The position numbers and the translations under genes are program-made. Positions 40,701-52,490 of a stretch of 64,000 bases of DNA are shown here, in pieces. Within the stretch, counting starts at the first letter, position 1, and every line of letters starts with the position of its first letter. This DNA comes from Octopus bimaculoides (taxonomy: Eukaryota). Under the pieces are notes generated by a model that saw nothing but the letters and a program-made list of their open reading frames with translations, was not told the origin of the DNA and searched no databases. The stretch is from NCBI RefSeq assembly GCF_001194135.2, contig NC_068981.1, forward strand, positions 160,695,166 to 160,759,165, in the 5' to 3' direction.

Positions 40701-43700
40701 TTTACTATGTAAAAACTCCGACTTAAATATATTAACAATACTTTTTGTGGGGACTTCAACTTTTTTTTTTTTTTTTTAAATTTTTTTTTTTTACAAAAAA
40801 CAAACCCTAAGTTTTCAGTCTACATTATTTCATATTTTATCATTTTGTTTCTAGATCACACGTCGGTATGCTGAATTTTCAGCTGCCATCGTGGGCATCA
40901 ACCAGTCATATCCCGATGAAAAGGTGCATCAGCTGTTAGGTCAGCTTCAAATTGAAGTAGAAAACTTTGTCCTGAAAATGGCAGCTGAATTTCCTCAGCG
41001 TAAGGAGCAGCTTGTATTCCTCATCAACAACTACGACATGATGCTCAACGTTATTATGGTAAGTGATTCTTAATACCCAAACTTTTGTAAAATTGAAATA
41101 CGGAAGATGTTCTTAACTTTTATAAGACAACTGGGCTGATGGCTTGAAAGAAGAAATGGTTGACCTCTTCAAGATATTGTGAGCTGTATGGTAGCCTCAC
41201 TAGTGCCATGAAAAAGTGTCCAGTAAAGTGGTTGATGTTAGGAAGAGCATCCAACCAAACTAACCTTCCCAAAACAGACATTGTATCATGATGCAGTCTT
41301 TGGACTTGTTGGATTCTGTCAAAGCATCCTGTTGATGCCAGCATGGAAGATGGCGTTAAAAGATGGTGGTGATGATGATGCTTTGTCTATCGTGATTCAG
41401 AAATATTTTTTTATAGCATTTCAAGCACTTATTTGTTTTGTGTTCTTTTATTCTTTTCAATGGCTTTAGTAATTGGACTGATGTCATGCTGGGGCACTGC
41501 TTTCAAGCATGTAGTGAGTATAGTTGATTTAAACAAGCTCAGTACTTGTAGATTAGCACATATTTTATTGACTGCTGGAAGCATGAAAGACAAAGTAGAC
41601 TTCATTGGTTTTGAACTTAGAACACAAAGAGACAAAACTGAATATTGTCAGGTATTTTGTCCACTCTCCTACTAATTCTGCCAATATAGAGCCATCTCAT
41701 AAAAATAGTTTAATCTCCAGAATAGAAGCATTCTCAGTTAGTTTCGTCTCAAAAGATTAAATCTGCTTTATTGGGTAACTAATAATTGAAAAATTCTGAA
41801 AGCTATTTCCTCCCATCAATAATATGCAAAGAAAATTTGTGAAAGTTTTTGTACTGATGCTAATATATGTAAAAAAAAAAAGGGGGAGAGTTTAAAATTT
41901 GTTCTAACATTCTATTAATTATCCAAATGAACAAACATGTTTTCTACAAATTTTATAGGAACGTACAGAGGATTCAAAAGAATGTGAAAGTTTCCAAGAG
42001 TTGCTCTCTGCTCGAACACAAGAGTTCATTGAAGAAGTTCTTGCACCTCATTTTGGTGGTATGGTTAGTTTTGTAAAAGAATGTGAAGTGATAATTGAAA
42101 AAGGAAACTTAGATGCCTTGAAGAATGAAGAAAGTTAGTACCTCCAACACTTTTTACCTATTGCTTTGTATCCTTATTGTTTGTGTATATATATGTGTAT
42201 GTATATCTGTGTAACCCTGTATTTGTGTTTGTCTATTTAGACTTAATGTTTCACAATAGAATAAGATTCAGGCAATGCTTAGCTGGTGTAGGGAATGTCT
42301 GAGGTGTTTATTGTATGGAGTCCTGGTTATTGAGGATAATTGTTGATGTGAGTTGTCTTGACTATTTGGTTCTTAAATTAGCATTTATAAGTTGGACTTA
42401 CCTATGATTGGAATTTGATGGTCTCAGGTTTTGTACATGAGAGGATTTGAATTAAAACCTGTACACTAACAAAACATAAGATGTCCATACTGGCCACATC
42501 AATGACCTGTAAATATCATGACACTTATACATAACTTGGTAAGAGTACTATTAAATATCTCTTAGAGACTAAGTATTAGTGACTGTTCAGCTCTAGGATA
42601 ATTTATTGACTTGGTCAGTTATGACCGACACCATTAAGGGTAGGAATACTTTATTGAAAAAATAGAACCCTACTCTCATTGAAATATGAGGAAATCCCAA
42701 CCCCACTTCATAGACCCATAAATTTTCTGGGATTTGTGACCCATGATCCATATGGGCCTTTAAACTGCACACCCATAGCACCTTACTTAAGATGACACTG
42801 GAGTAGCCATTATGACTTTGGTAAATTCTACAGAATTTATCTTTCACCCTTTTGAAGTCAATAGATAAACAGTACCTGTTATATTATGAAGAGCATAAAT
42901 TCTAATCAAATGAAATCATTAAAAGAAATAAGTTAGGTTTTGATTAAAGTTTCCACCAAATATTGAAGGATTTAGTTTGAATCAATATTTCTAGTATGAA
43001 ATCAGTTAGGTAGCTGTAGATGTTTGAATAATGCATCCCTTTTGTTTCTTATTTGTTTCAGGACGAGTCCAGCAGATTGTTCGTGGGTTTAATTCTGATT
43101 GGAAGAAAGCAATTGAGATTATAAACCAAGATGTGATGCGTTCTTTCACCAACTTTAAAAATGGTACTCAAATATTGCAGGTAAATAAAGACAACAGCTG
43201 AAATGCAGTTTACTTTTTGAATTTGTAGCTATTGTAATTTAAATAGCACTTGTGAGAGCCCTGACATAAGCAAAGCAATTCCACCTGGAATAAAAGAAAA
43301 CATTAGTAGACAGAATGTCCATGTGGACACCAGACTGACTAATGCCTTGTGAGTGAATTTCGCAGACAGAAACTATGTGGAAACCTGTTGTGTATACATG
43401 TCTGTATAAATATATATGCATGTCTTAGTGTTTGTTCAGCATGACCATCAATTGACAGTGGGTGTCAGTTTGCTTATGTCCTTGTAACATAGCAGCTCAG
43501 AAAAAGAGACTACTAAAATAAGTACTAGACTTTAAAAAAATAATAAGTACTGGGCTGATTTGTTTGACTAAACTCTTCAAGGCAATGCCCCAGTATGGTT
43601 GCAACACAATGACTGAAAGATAAATGCAGTCATTCTTTTGTTTTTGTTTTTTTCTTCAGTTTTATTTATTTATTTATGGAACTTTATTTAAATGAATTTT

Positions 43701-45390
43701 GTAAGACCTGAAGAGAATCAGAAGCTTCAGAATTGAAGAGCTACTGCTAAATGTGCCTCAGTAAGATTGCTTTTTATGTGATTTAAGCACTTTTACGACT
43801 AGGTTCTTCAAATCTTTTGGATTATCTATTTTATTTTATATTGCAATTTGTAAACAATAGTGTCATTGATTACAAGTTTCCAATGATCTAATCACTGGTT
43901 GATTGACACAGGTTGATATGACAAAAGTAACATCACACACTCTCTCTCTTCCTCCACTATGCCATTCATGCTGTTCAACTTCCTTAGCAGAAATCAACAT
44001 GTGACTATCTATTACTCTCTCTCTGTATAACTCCTACCTTTATTACATTCTAGCCTCTATTATTCTGTTTCTCCCATCATATACACACTTCCTTTCCATC
44101 ACCCTCTTGCCTTGGCTCTCTCTCATTACTTTTCTGTTTACCCTCTCAATCATGTTTCCTTGGATGACTGGGGAACACACAAAGAAGATTTCAGTCTTTC
44201 CATAATAAAATACACCCAATATACTCTGTTTGGTGTTAAAAAGGACACCCAGCTGTAGAGACCCCACCAAAAATGAAATGTGGAAGTGAGACATGGTTCT
44301 CTGTCTGTCCAAGAGGGCAGTGACTCAAAATAATAACAGACTGGAAGTGTGACAACTCATCTAACCCATGCTAGCATGGAAAACAAACATAAAATAACGA
44401 TGATACTATGAGTTAACACACAGTTTATATCAAACAAATTCCACTCACATAGTATTGGTCAACCCAAGATTGTAGTAGGACACATGTCCAAAGGGTTATG
44501 CAATGGAATGAGATCAAACCCAGGTTCCATCTGGTTACAGTGAGAACTTTGAAACCAAATAACCATGCCTGTAGCCCAGAGGCATAGCCAAGTTCTTAAG
44601 TTAAGAATAGTGAGCATATAAAAAAAAGGCACTGTGATACTTGCCAAACAATTTTTAACTCCTTTCTCAATTGTTGAACAGGTGCCAATTTTGAAAAATG
44701 TGCTCAGTGGGAGTGAACATTCCATTTGTTCCCTTATTAGTTATGCCACTACTATAGCCAAAGGCTGTAATTATGTCATTTTTTATAATAAACACACACA
44801 TAGGAAGGGCATCCAGCTGTAGAAACTCTGCCAAATCAGACTGGAGCCTGGTGTTGCCATCCGGTTTCACCAGTCCTCAGTCAAATCGTCCAACCCATGC
44901 TAGCATGGAAAGCGGACGTTAAATGATGATGATGAACACACTGGCTAGCTTCTTCAGTTTCTGTCTACCATTTTGATTTACCAGTAGTTGGTTGACACAT
45001 GGTTATAAATTAGAACATTAGCCAATGACATCCATAAAGTGGGACTGACTTCTATCAGCATGGTTCCAAGGTAACCTTTTTAACCACACAACCACGCTTA
45101 TATAGATTTTTAAATGCCTAGTAAGTGACAGATGCATGGTTTGAATCATATTAATGGGTCTGCTACTCTTTTAGATTCCAGGTCAGTGCTTATAATGTCT
45201 GTATCATTTTGACCTTCATATTTTCATTCTTTGTTATTTTCAGGGTGCTCTCACACAGCTGGTTCAATATTATCATCGTTTCCAGAAGGTTTTAAGCCAA
45301 GGCCCACTGCGTAATTTACAGATCCGCAATGAACTTATCAATATTCATCATGTTATGGTTGAAGTAAAGAAGCACAAGCCAACATTCTAA
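14690..45390 (+). CDS. VPS52: Vacuolar protein sorting 52 (GARP/EARP subunit), 705 aa. Exons 14690-14725, 17803-17884, 18568-18620, 21580-21655, 22649-22716, 23809-23922, 25175-25236, 25487-25637, 26352-26452, 28712-28844, 29739-29796, 31152-31285, 32410-32571, 39047-39165, 40138-40261, 40855-41058, 41959-42133, 43062-43180, 45244-45390
   Basis: Exon phases are all compatible and sum to 2118 nt. Peptides such as [113 protein letters not shown] and [16 protein letters not shown] match human VPS52 as recalled. Exon 1 ([12 protein letters not shown]|gtggga) and the exon 12 acceptor are the least certain parts. Confidence 0.96.
16500..16915 (-). mobile_element. Degenerate R4/Dong-like non-LTR retrotransposon, restriction-like endonuclease end
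   Basis: Minus strand: [33 protein letters not shown]-(frameshift)[28 protein letters not shown], a PD...D...K RLE motif. Confidence 0.7.
19065..19560 (-). mobile_element. 5'-truncated RTE LINE (ORF2 C-terminus plus 3'UTR)
   Basis: Minus strand: [45 protein letters not shown] (19555-19375), followed by the (GAT)n-tailed repeat. Confidence 0.8.
19775..20220 (-). mobile_element. Two copies of a second SINE family. Also at 8235-8410, 34180-34385, 55945-56150, 56175-56375, 58915-59130
   Basis: Shared core GAGTTCAAATTC.GCC.AGGT.GACTTTGCCTTTCATCCTTT and tail TGTGCCAAAATTTGAAA. Confidence 0.7.
21656..22648 (+). other. U12-type (minor spliceosome) GT-AG intron, VPS52 intron 4
   Basis: 5'ss |GTATCCTTT; branch site CCTTAAC at 22631-22637, about 12 nt before the AG; no polypyrimidine tract. 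Confidence 0.9.
23155..23615 (+). repeat. ~140-bp direct duplication (23155-23296 and 23474-23615)
   Basis: Both copies run AAATGTGCTTTTC...ATAAGAGTTT.AACTCTTATTTCTAG...GTGGCTAGCT...ACATTAATTT. Confidence 0.85.
27763..27960. mobile_element. Third interspersed repeat family, probably a SINE. Also at 57860-58075, 6265-6440, 4945-5045
   Basis: CAGTCATTTGACTGC..CCATGCTGGAGCACC...GGTCTCTTTTGC.GA...TAAACACACCA recurs several times. Confidence 0.65.
28201..28465. mobile_element. Hairpin MITE/foldback in VPS52 intron 9
   Basis: Inner arms GCTTTACAGCATTT.TTCAGACCCTAAAACCC / GGGTTTTAGGGTCTGAA.AAATGCTGTAAAGC; outer arms ATAGATAAAGATAGA.ATGGC / GCCATTTCTATCTTTATCTAT. Confidence 0.8.
29797..31151 (+). 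other. U12-type intron starting AT, VPS52 intron 11; the in-frame 3' end is AA
   Basis: 5'ss |ATATCCTTAA; branch site TTCCTTAAT at 31135-31143. Frame is kept only if exon 12 starts at 31152 (...ttcacAA|GG TTT TTC TCT TCA AAG). Confidence 0.85.
29895..30700 (-). mobile_element. 5'-truncated RTE LINE inside the U12 AT-intron
   Basis: Degenerate ORF2 end ([27 protein letters not shown]) contiguous with the (GAT)n-tailed 3' repeat. Confidence 0.75.
32636..32895 (-). mobile_element. Near-consensus RTE 3'-end repeat. Others at 31848-32170(-), 33770-33975(+), 37020-37230(+), 41190-41375(+), 44805-44935(+), 47020-47195(-), 49030-49222(-), 55710-55950(+), 62648-63380(-)
   Basis: Same diagnostic sequence as 6040-6245. 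Confidence 0.8.
35360..35508. mobile_element. Short hAT-type MITE
   Basis: Ends CAGGGCTGGCC / GACGGTCCTG; 8-bp TSD CTTATTAT / CTTATTAC. Confidence 0.7.
35650..36945 (+). mobile_element. Two tandem Helitron-like non-autonomous units (36439-36675 and 36696-36945) behind a long (TG/TGTC)n tract
   Basis: Duplicated TCCCTAAAACTCGAGAACTACACAAC.GATTTCATTCAAATTTTACACATGCC...TAAAGTGAA.CTATTATTTCACATA. The microsatellite plus CCGATTT..AAATTT layout resembles Helitron/Helentron-associated elements (classification inferred). Confidence 0.5.
40349..40398 (+). mobile_element. Isolated mariner-like terminal fragment
   Basis: TACGAG.G.TGCTGAAAAGTTCCTGGCTTT resembles a mariner TIR; no partner end was found. 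Confidence 0.4.
42300..42830 (-). mobile_element. Highly degenerate Penelope-like RT fragment
   Basis: GAMG motif at 42782-42771 followed by an NLWVYE/NLFMG-like stretch; many disablements. Confidence 0.3.
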
Positions 45391-45544
45391 TGACATTCCA
45401 CTGGTGTTATCATTATCATCATCGTCGTTATTATTAATATTATTCCATATTTGACAAGAAGACATAGAACAATATTGTTTGGTATACTGGTTCAGTATAG
45501 AAACCTGTCTGCTGGCTTTGTACCAGATATATTATTATCATTGG

Positions 45545-45550
45545 AATAAA
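45545..45550 (+). terminator. Candidate VPS52 polyadenylation signal
   Basis: First AATAAA after the stop at 45388-45390. Confidence 0.55.
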
Positions 45551-46937
45551 AGCTGTTTACTTGTTGTAATTACCCAATACCTAAAGGACGTTGCCCACAC
45601 TGATACACTGTTTGTACACACACATGTATGATGCAGGCACACTATTCTCTTAAATCTTCAGTTGTTTCCTTTATTTCTTTTCTAATAAGTTTATTCTAAT
45701 TTTGCTATTTTCTAGCTTGGGTTTTTATCTTTTTTCAGTTGAGGGTAAATCAAACATGCATCAGTCATTAACTGGCCATATATATATATATATGGAGTAA
45801 CTTTACATTAAGGAGTGGAACGTACAGTTTCCTCTAAATCAGGCTCCATCACAGTTCCAGCAGATGAAATGGAAAAGGTGTTGCTCCGAAGGATGGTGAA
45901 GGAACAACGACTCACAGGGTTCTTACTTGTGAACAGCCATCTCTGCCCTGATAGTGGTGGACAGGGATATAGCCTGGTGGCTAAGAATGCCATCCAATTG
46001 AAAATTAATAGGTTTTTGTTACATTCTTTCCTGTTGGAATTAACAGAATTATATATTGTTTCTCTCTATAGCTCTCCCTCCCTATGCCCATAACCAGCCC
46101 TTAAAATGGACTGGGATGTAAATTTAAGACAGTTACCAAAAATAAACTATTTCCATCTTTTTAATATCTTCATGAATACATATATGCTTTTAGAAAGTAC
46201 ACCTCTACAAACACTGACAATAATAATAATAATAATAATAATAATTATGATGATAATTTCTAATTTAGCCACAAGACCAGCAATATGAGGAAAGAGTTTA
46301 CCAATTAAATCAACAAAAGTTGGTTGAAGGTACTGGCAACTTGGGTGATCACCCAGACCTAGGCAACCACCCAAGTGCTTGGGAGCACCACATCTTCAGT
46401 TTTGGATTTTTGAAATAAAAGAGATAAAATGAATATAATAAACTAAACTGTTTTATTCTTGTATTTAATAAACTGTAATAAACACTTTATTCCTACATTT
46501 GCAGGTTTTACTCCTAATGGAAGTTAACTGGGTGTCCACTCTTTCAGGTGGTTGATGTTAGTAAGGGCATCCAGTTATAAAAACTGTCCCAAAACAGCTC
46601 CTGCCAAACTTTCCAACCCATGCCAACATGGAAGTCAGACGTTAAATGATGATGATGATGATGATGATATATATATATATATATGTATACACACACACAC
46701 ATATTGGCATTAGGGAGGGCATCCAGCCCTAGAAACCATGTCAAAACAAACAATTGGAGTGTGACTAGCTCCTGTCACACTTTCCAGCCCATGGCAACAT
46801 GAAAAACGGACATTAAGCAATGATGATGATTATATATATATATATATATATGCACACATATTTGGGCTGACCAAAGCCTTGTGAGTGGATTTGGTGAATG
46901 GAAACTAAAAGAAGTGCATTGTGTGTGTTTGTGTGTA

Positions 46938-46970
<33 letters not shown>

Positions 46971-46971
46971 C

Positions 46972-47017
<46 letters not shown>

Positions 47018-48059
47018 TATGTTGTTTAACATCTGCTTTCCATCCTGGCATGGGTTGGACTGTTTGACCGAGGGCTGGCAAGCCAGAAGGCTGCACCAGG
47101 CTCCAATCCGATCTGGCAATGTTTCTACAGCTGGATGCCCTTCCTAACACCAACCACTCCGAGAGTGTAGCGGGTGCTTTTTACGTGCCACCAGCATATA
47201 TATATATACATCCATCCATCTGTGTATCATACTTAATGCAGATACATTGCATACAGACAAATTTACTGTTGTATTCATTCAGGGAATCTTCATGTAGCTA
47301 ATATTTTATGTTTTGAATCTTTTTTTTAGTTAGCATCTTGGTATTGAACCAGGACACACCATGCATTTGGTGTTGAAATGTTTATCAAGAATGGTGAGTC
47401 TGTGATTGCAATATTGTTATGTCTCAAGCTATTGCTATCTAGCACCTTCGGATGATCTCTACTCAACTGCTAACCGACTGCTACTCAACTGCTCTACCAA
47501 CTCCTCTACCACGGCTAGACTACCTCTATTTATGTCTTGGGCGATCTTACTTCTTCGCTTGGGGGCATCGACACAACAAATATGGAGAGAGCTTTTCATA
47601 TTTATTTCAAGTTATATCAAAACATTACTATTCCAGACCAAAATCCATATTGCTATGGACTAAACATTTCTGAGTCGCAGGTTCAGGGCTGAAAAGAAAG
47701 CCATCTGGAAGACTTTAGAACATTAAAACTCCATAAAATGTCCTAGCTATTTTGCAGTCTAGACGTTCAGCCCATGAATATACTTCAGCTTTGGGACTGT
47801 CTGGTCAAACTGTCAGAATTTCACACACTGATCTCAAATGCTAATCATACATACAAAATGATTTTCAGGAATTTCATAAACCTGACAGTAAACATCTCTG
47901 ATCTCACCAGTGACAAATCCTACTTTCATTTTTCTGCCTGTCTCAATAAGCAGAATTTTCATTATTGGGTGGTAAACAATCTTAAACAGCTTCACTTCTA
48001 CATACTGAGTTACTGTGTTGTGCACTGTTGCAAATTTTGATATTTGGGGGTCAATCAGT

Positions 48060-48517
48060 TATAGTAACATTTAATTAGTATGTGGTGATGCTACAGAACT
48101 TTCAGGAGCCAAAACTCACAGACCTTAGAAATTTGGAAGTGTGGTTTTAACAAGATGGAACTGCTGCTCACACAGCTAAAAGACTAGTGGAAGTGTGGAG
48201 AGGACTGTTTCCAGGACACATAATCTCCTTATATGGTGACATTGGACGTCTTGCATTTTCACATGATTTCACCTTTCTGATTATTTTCTCTGGGGTTGCC
48301 TGAAAGCTAAGGTCTACAAACATTGACCAATAGCTTGATGAATTGATGACTGCTATACACCAACCGATTGTGAAAATACTGCCTGAAATGAAAGGCAAAT
48401 GAAACACCCTGCATTACTTGATGTTATTGTTATTAAAATATTTATTTCAATAACATTCACCTTGAACTTTTTTGTTAACCAGTAAAATGTGTGGCAGTTG
48501 TTTTTTCACACCCTGTA
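48060..48517 (+). mobile_element. Tc1/mariner (DD37D/DD41D-like) transposase remnant with right TIR
   Basis: VWF*QDGTAAHTAKRLVEVWRGLFPGHIISLYGDI...DYFLWGCLKAKVY, ending in CACCCTGTA (TIR plus TA). Confidence 0.75.
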
Positions 48518-49470
48518 CAAATACTATAATCCTCAGAGAGGAGGACTGACATAGAGTCAGTCAAAGAACCCTGCTGATCAAGGACTAAGCTACCTACAAA
48601 ACACAAGTGCCCATGTTGCCCAACGCATGGGAGCATACTGAGAGTAAGCTCATTCGTATGGATCATATCACACTCACTAACTTCTCTACAATCTTTACTG
48701 AAGGGTTGTACCTCCTTCTCCACCAACGCTTTCCACTGTATAAAAGAAGAAATGTGACCTAGTTTTCTTTTGTAATTTTCATGTTGTGGGTGTAAAGAGT
48801 ATTTCAATGGTGTTATTTTAGTAATAAAAAAAAGGTACTGTCAATATAAAATAAATTGTCGTGCAAATATATAACTGCTCTATCTCTGTGCTTATGCACT
48901 GCCAAAGGTGCACAGACACATATAACAAACATGTATGTACAAACACATACACACATTTGAGTCACTTTGCAACTTCTGCCAATTAAATGAAAAAAAATAT
49001 ACATGTATGCTTGTATGTGTATAATTATCATCATCATCATCATTGTTTAACGTCTGCTTTCCATGCTGGCATGGGTTGGACGGTTTGACTGAGGGCTGGC
49101 AAGCCAGAAGGCTGCACCAGGCTCCAATCTGATCTGGCAGAGTTTTTACAGCTGGATGCCCTTCCTAACGCCAACCACTCCAAGAGTGTAGTGGGTGCTT
49201 TTACGTGCCACCGGCATGAGGGCCAATTTTTACTTGTTTCAGCCATTAGACTACAGCCAAATTGGGGGACTGCCTTGAAGGATTTAGTCAAACATGAAAT
49301 CCAGTATATATGTTTTTGTCTTTTTTTTTAAAGCCCAGTACTTAATCTATCAATCTCTTAGGCTGAACTGTTAAGTTACTGTAGTATAAACAAACAACAC
49401 CAGTCATATATAATATATAAGCTACTGAACACTAAGAATTATTTCTCTCCTGGCTCACACACACATGCAG

Positions 49471-49501
<31 letters not shown>

Positions 49502-49540
49502 AGATATATATACACACACATATATATACACATACATACA

Positions 49541-49588
<48 letters not shown>

Positions 49589-49611
49589 TATGTATGTATT
49601 TATATATATAA

Positions 49612-50721
49612 TATTGTGTCATCCCATAAATAATGCAATTTTTTTATACTTCTTTTTTTTCAAAATTATGATAAACGAAGTTCTTTTTTATCTAAAATAT
49701 ACTCTCCTTCATTTTCTATAATGTTCTTCCATTAATCTGGTAGACTTGCAAGGCCTCTCTTCCAAACTTCACTTGTCTGTGATAAAAAATACTCCTCCAG
49801 TACTGTTCTGACCTTGTTTACAGAATTAATATTTTTCCCATCCAAATGATTTTGAACACTGTAGAATAAATGATAATCAGATGGAGCAATGTCCAGTGAA
49901 TATGGTGGATGGGGCATCATTTCCCATTCAAACTGCTCCAGCCTTTGGAATGTCATCCTCCCTGTATGTGGCTGAGCATTATCCTGATGGAAGAACACCT
50001 TTCATCTTGAAACCAAAGATCGTCGTTTTTCTTCTAGCGCTGACTTAAGCAACTCAAGCTGTTTGCAGTATATCTCCTATTTCTTGTCACCAGAGAACCT
50101 ATTTCTTGTCACCATTCACTATTCAGTCCAAAAAAGGCTCATTCATGAGACATGTCAGTAAAGAAGAGCACACATGCGATTAAGCTTGGAATGTTTGTGA
50201 GGAACCCACTGACTCAATTTGCTGACTTTTCTGAAGGCATGCAGGTGTTGCTGAATGGTTGTATGACCAAATTCAAGCTTCTCTGCTAGTTCCTCAAAAG
50301 TTACGATGGGATTTTATTCCACCAGGGTTTGCAGGGCATCTTTGTTGAGCTCTACAGCTCTTCCAGGACGAGGGTCATCTTCTAGGCTGTAGTTTCTGGA
50401 ACCACCATTGACACTGGCTTATGCTTATTGTCTGATCCCATATACTGCATTAATATTCCTCACACTTTCTGTTGTGTTGTTGCCTTTATTGAACTCATAA
50501 AGCAAACTATGCTGAATATGCTCCTTTATGACTTAGATTATAGCTTTGAAAAAAATAACTGTTAAAATCGAACTGCACTCTTCAAAACTTGCACTAAGAC
50601 TAAGGACAAGGTAGAATTACTACCTGCTTTTATAGCAAGTTGATGCAGGTAGTTTATCCCACACCCCTCTGTCATTTAGTTCATGCAATTGAAAAAACTG
50701 CATTATTTATGGAATGACCCA

Positions 50722-50724
<3 letters not shown>
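49612..50724 (-). mobile_element. Internally deleted mariner (DD34D) element with both TIRs
   Basis: TA+TTGTGTCATCCCATAAATAATGCA versus TGCATTATTTATGGAATGACCCAA+TA. Transposase remnants: YEFNKG, WVPH, FHQDNAQPH, HPPYSLDIAPSDYHLF. Confidence 0.92.
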
Positions 50725-50756
<32 letters not shown>

Positions 50757-51409
50757 TACAGGTACACACATCTATATGTATACATATACGGCATAAAATA
50801 AGAGGTCAATGTTTGTGTGTTGAGAATAAGAACTAATTTCAATTTCTTGTCATTTGTGCAACTTAGAGAAAGTCTGAATATCACAAGATCCTTGTTTCCA
50901 TGCTTCTTCATCTTTAGTGCCTTATCAAATATAAACCTTTTCATTAATTGTCATTTTAGAGTACCACTCAATCATGAAAGTGTTTTTAATCCAGCCAATT
51001 GAAGAGAAAAACGATAAATATAAATCCTAAGCTGGTTTAACATAGTTTATTACAGGGATTATGGTAAAGAATAGATGAATCATATGAAATTGTTTTTTTA
51101 ATGCCTTAGTCAGAGGTGAAAGGGTACAGTAACACCAATAACCCAATTCAAGACTTTTATAACTGGTAGAAGGAAGGGAGTAACTTATCCTTATATAACT
51201 TATAAAGTGCTTTGAGCTCTCATGAGACGTCCGGTGCCTATACCATCAAGATGTACTTGGGGCTCATTCTTCATTGTCCAGGTTTGGACTCTTAGAGGAG
51301 AATGCTTTCTGCACATGCACTTGGAGAAGGTCAGCTGCCAGAGGTTTTGAAGTTTATTAAAGGCACTCAAGACTAGTCTCTTGCATGTCAGGAAGTCTTT
51401 CTTATTGTT

Positions 51410-51575
51410 CTATATTTTTGAGATGAGGAATTCTGTACATTATTTACATTAGACGGATATGTGTCCTCATCTTGTTTGTTGTTACCATAATGTTTCGGCT
51501 GATTTACTCTCCAGCCTTCATCAGGTGTCCTGGTAGAATTTAGAACCCAACCTGGGTTCTCATTCCTAGGATATT
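51410..51575 (-). mobile_element. Penelope-like terminal sequence
   Basis: Minus strand CTGATGAAGGCTGG...CCGAAACA, typical of Penelope-like element ends. A similar motif occurs at 5470-5507. Confidence 0.4.
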
Positions 51576-51854
51576 TTTTTGCTGATGTTGTTGTTGTTGT
51601 TATTATTATTATTATGTTTTTTTTCTCTTCTTTCTTCAAATTTTCTTCTATTTCTCGCCGAGTGTTTTCTGTACCCCTAGGGCAGAGAAGCTCATTGTAT
51701 GCATTCCCAGTTTACACATGCAAATTCACAGGTAAAATATGTATGTAAAAAATTAATAAATAAATAAATTCATGAATGGATGTTGTTTTTGCAGCGATAA
51801 TGCTCTTCTCAGTACATGAGCCATTCCAGTTAACACGATTTTTTGCTATTATCA

Positions 51855-51885
<31 letters not shown>

Positions 51886-52214
51886 TTCAAGGCACTGCCT
51901 GGAATTGAACTCACAATTTTTCTTATTGTCAGTAACATAGCATCCAAGCTACTTGAAATCACTGACCTTCTTGAAATGTATGTAATTGTTGGAACAGACT
52001 GACAGGTGGATTTCATCTTTGTTGGAGGATCATGTTTTCTGTTTTCTTTGCCTTGGGAAACAAACTGATTTTGGCTCCAGTATTCACCTGAGTACTTGCA
52101 CATCACACATTTCCCCTCCATGATTACATGGTATCCTCAAAAAAAATGTTTTGTTGGTGGCAGCATTAACTTGTATCCAAGAAGTTAATCTGTAGTGAGA
52201 GATTGAAGCTCCTC

Positions 52215-52490
52215 ATCCTGCTGGTTGGTGCCTGAGGTGGCTGTTCAGGTCAAGGGTGGAATAGAGGGGCCCGGGGGCATTTATCACAGGAGAGGATTGG
52301 TGAGGAAGTATGAGTTGCACTTTGCATCTTTGATGTCTGATTTTTGCCTCTTGATGTCTGTTATTTTCTATCTGGTCCATTCCCTCCTCAATGATGATAT
52401 GCTGTCACTTTGGGGTGTCTTTGTTGATTGTCTCTCAGGAGCTGGTCATGGAAGTGGAATTTGGAGTGCTCTGCATGGTCTAGGCCCTGA
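52215..52490 (-). mobile_element. RTE/BovB-like LINE ORF2 C-terminus with degenerate C2H2 finger
   Basis: Minus strand: IIIEEGMDQIENNRHQEAKIRHQR, then CDKCPR-(frameshift)-YSTLDLNSHLRH. Confidence 0.6.
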
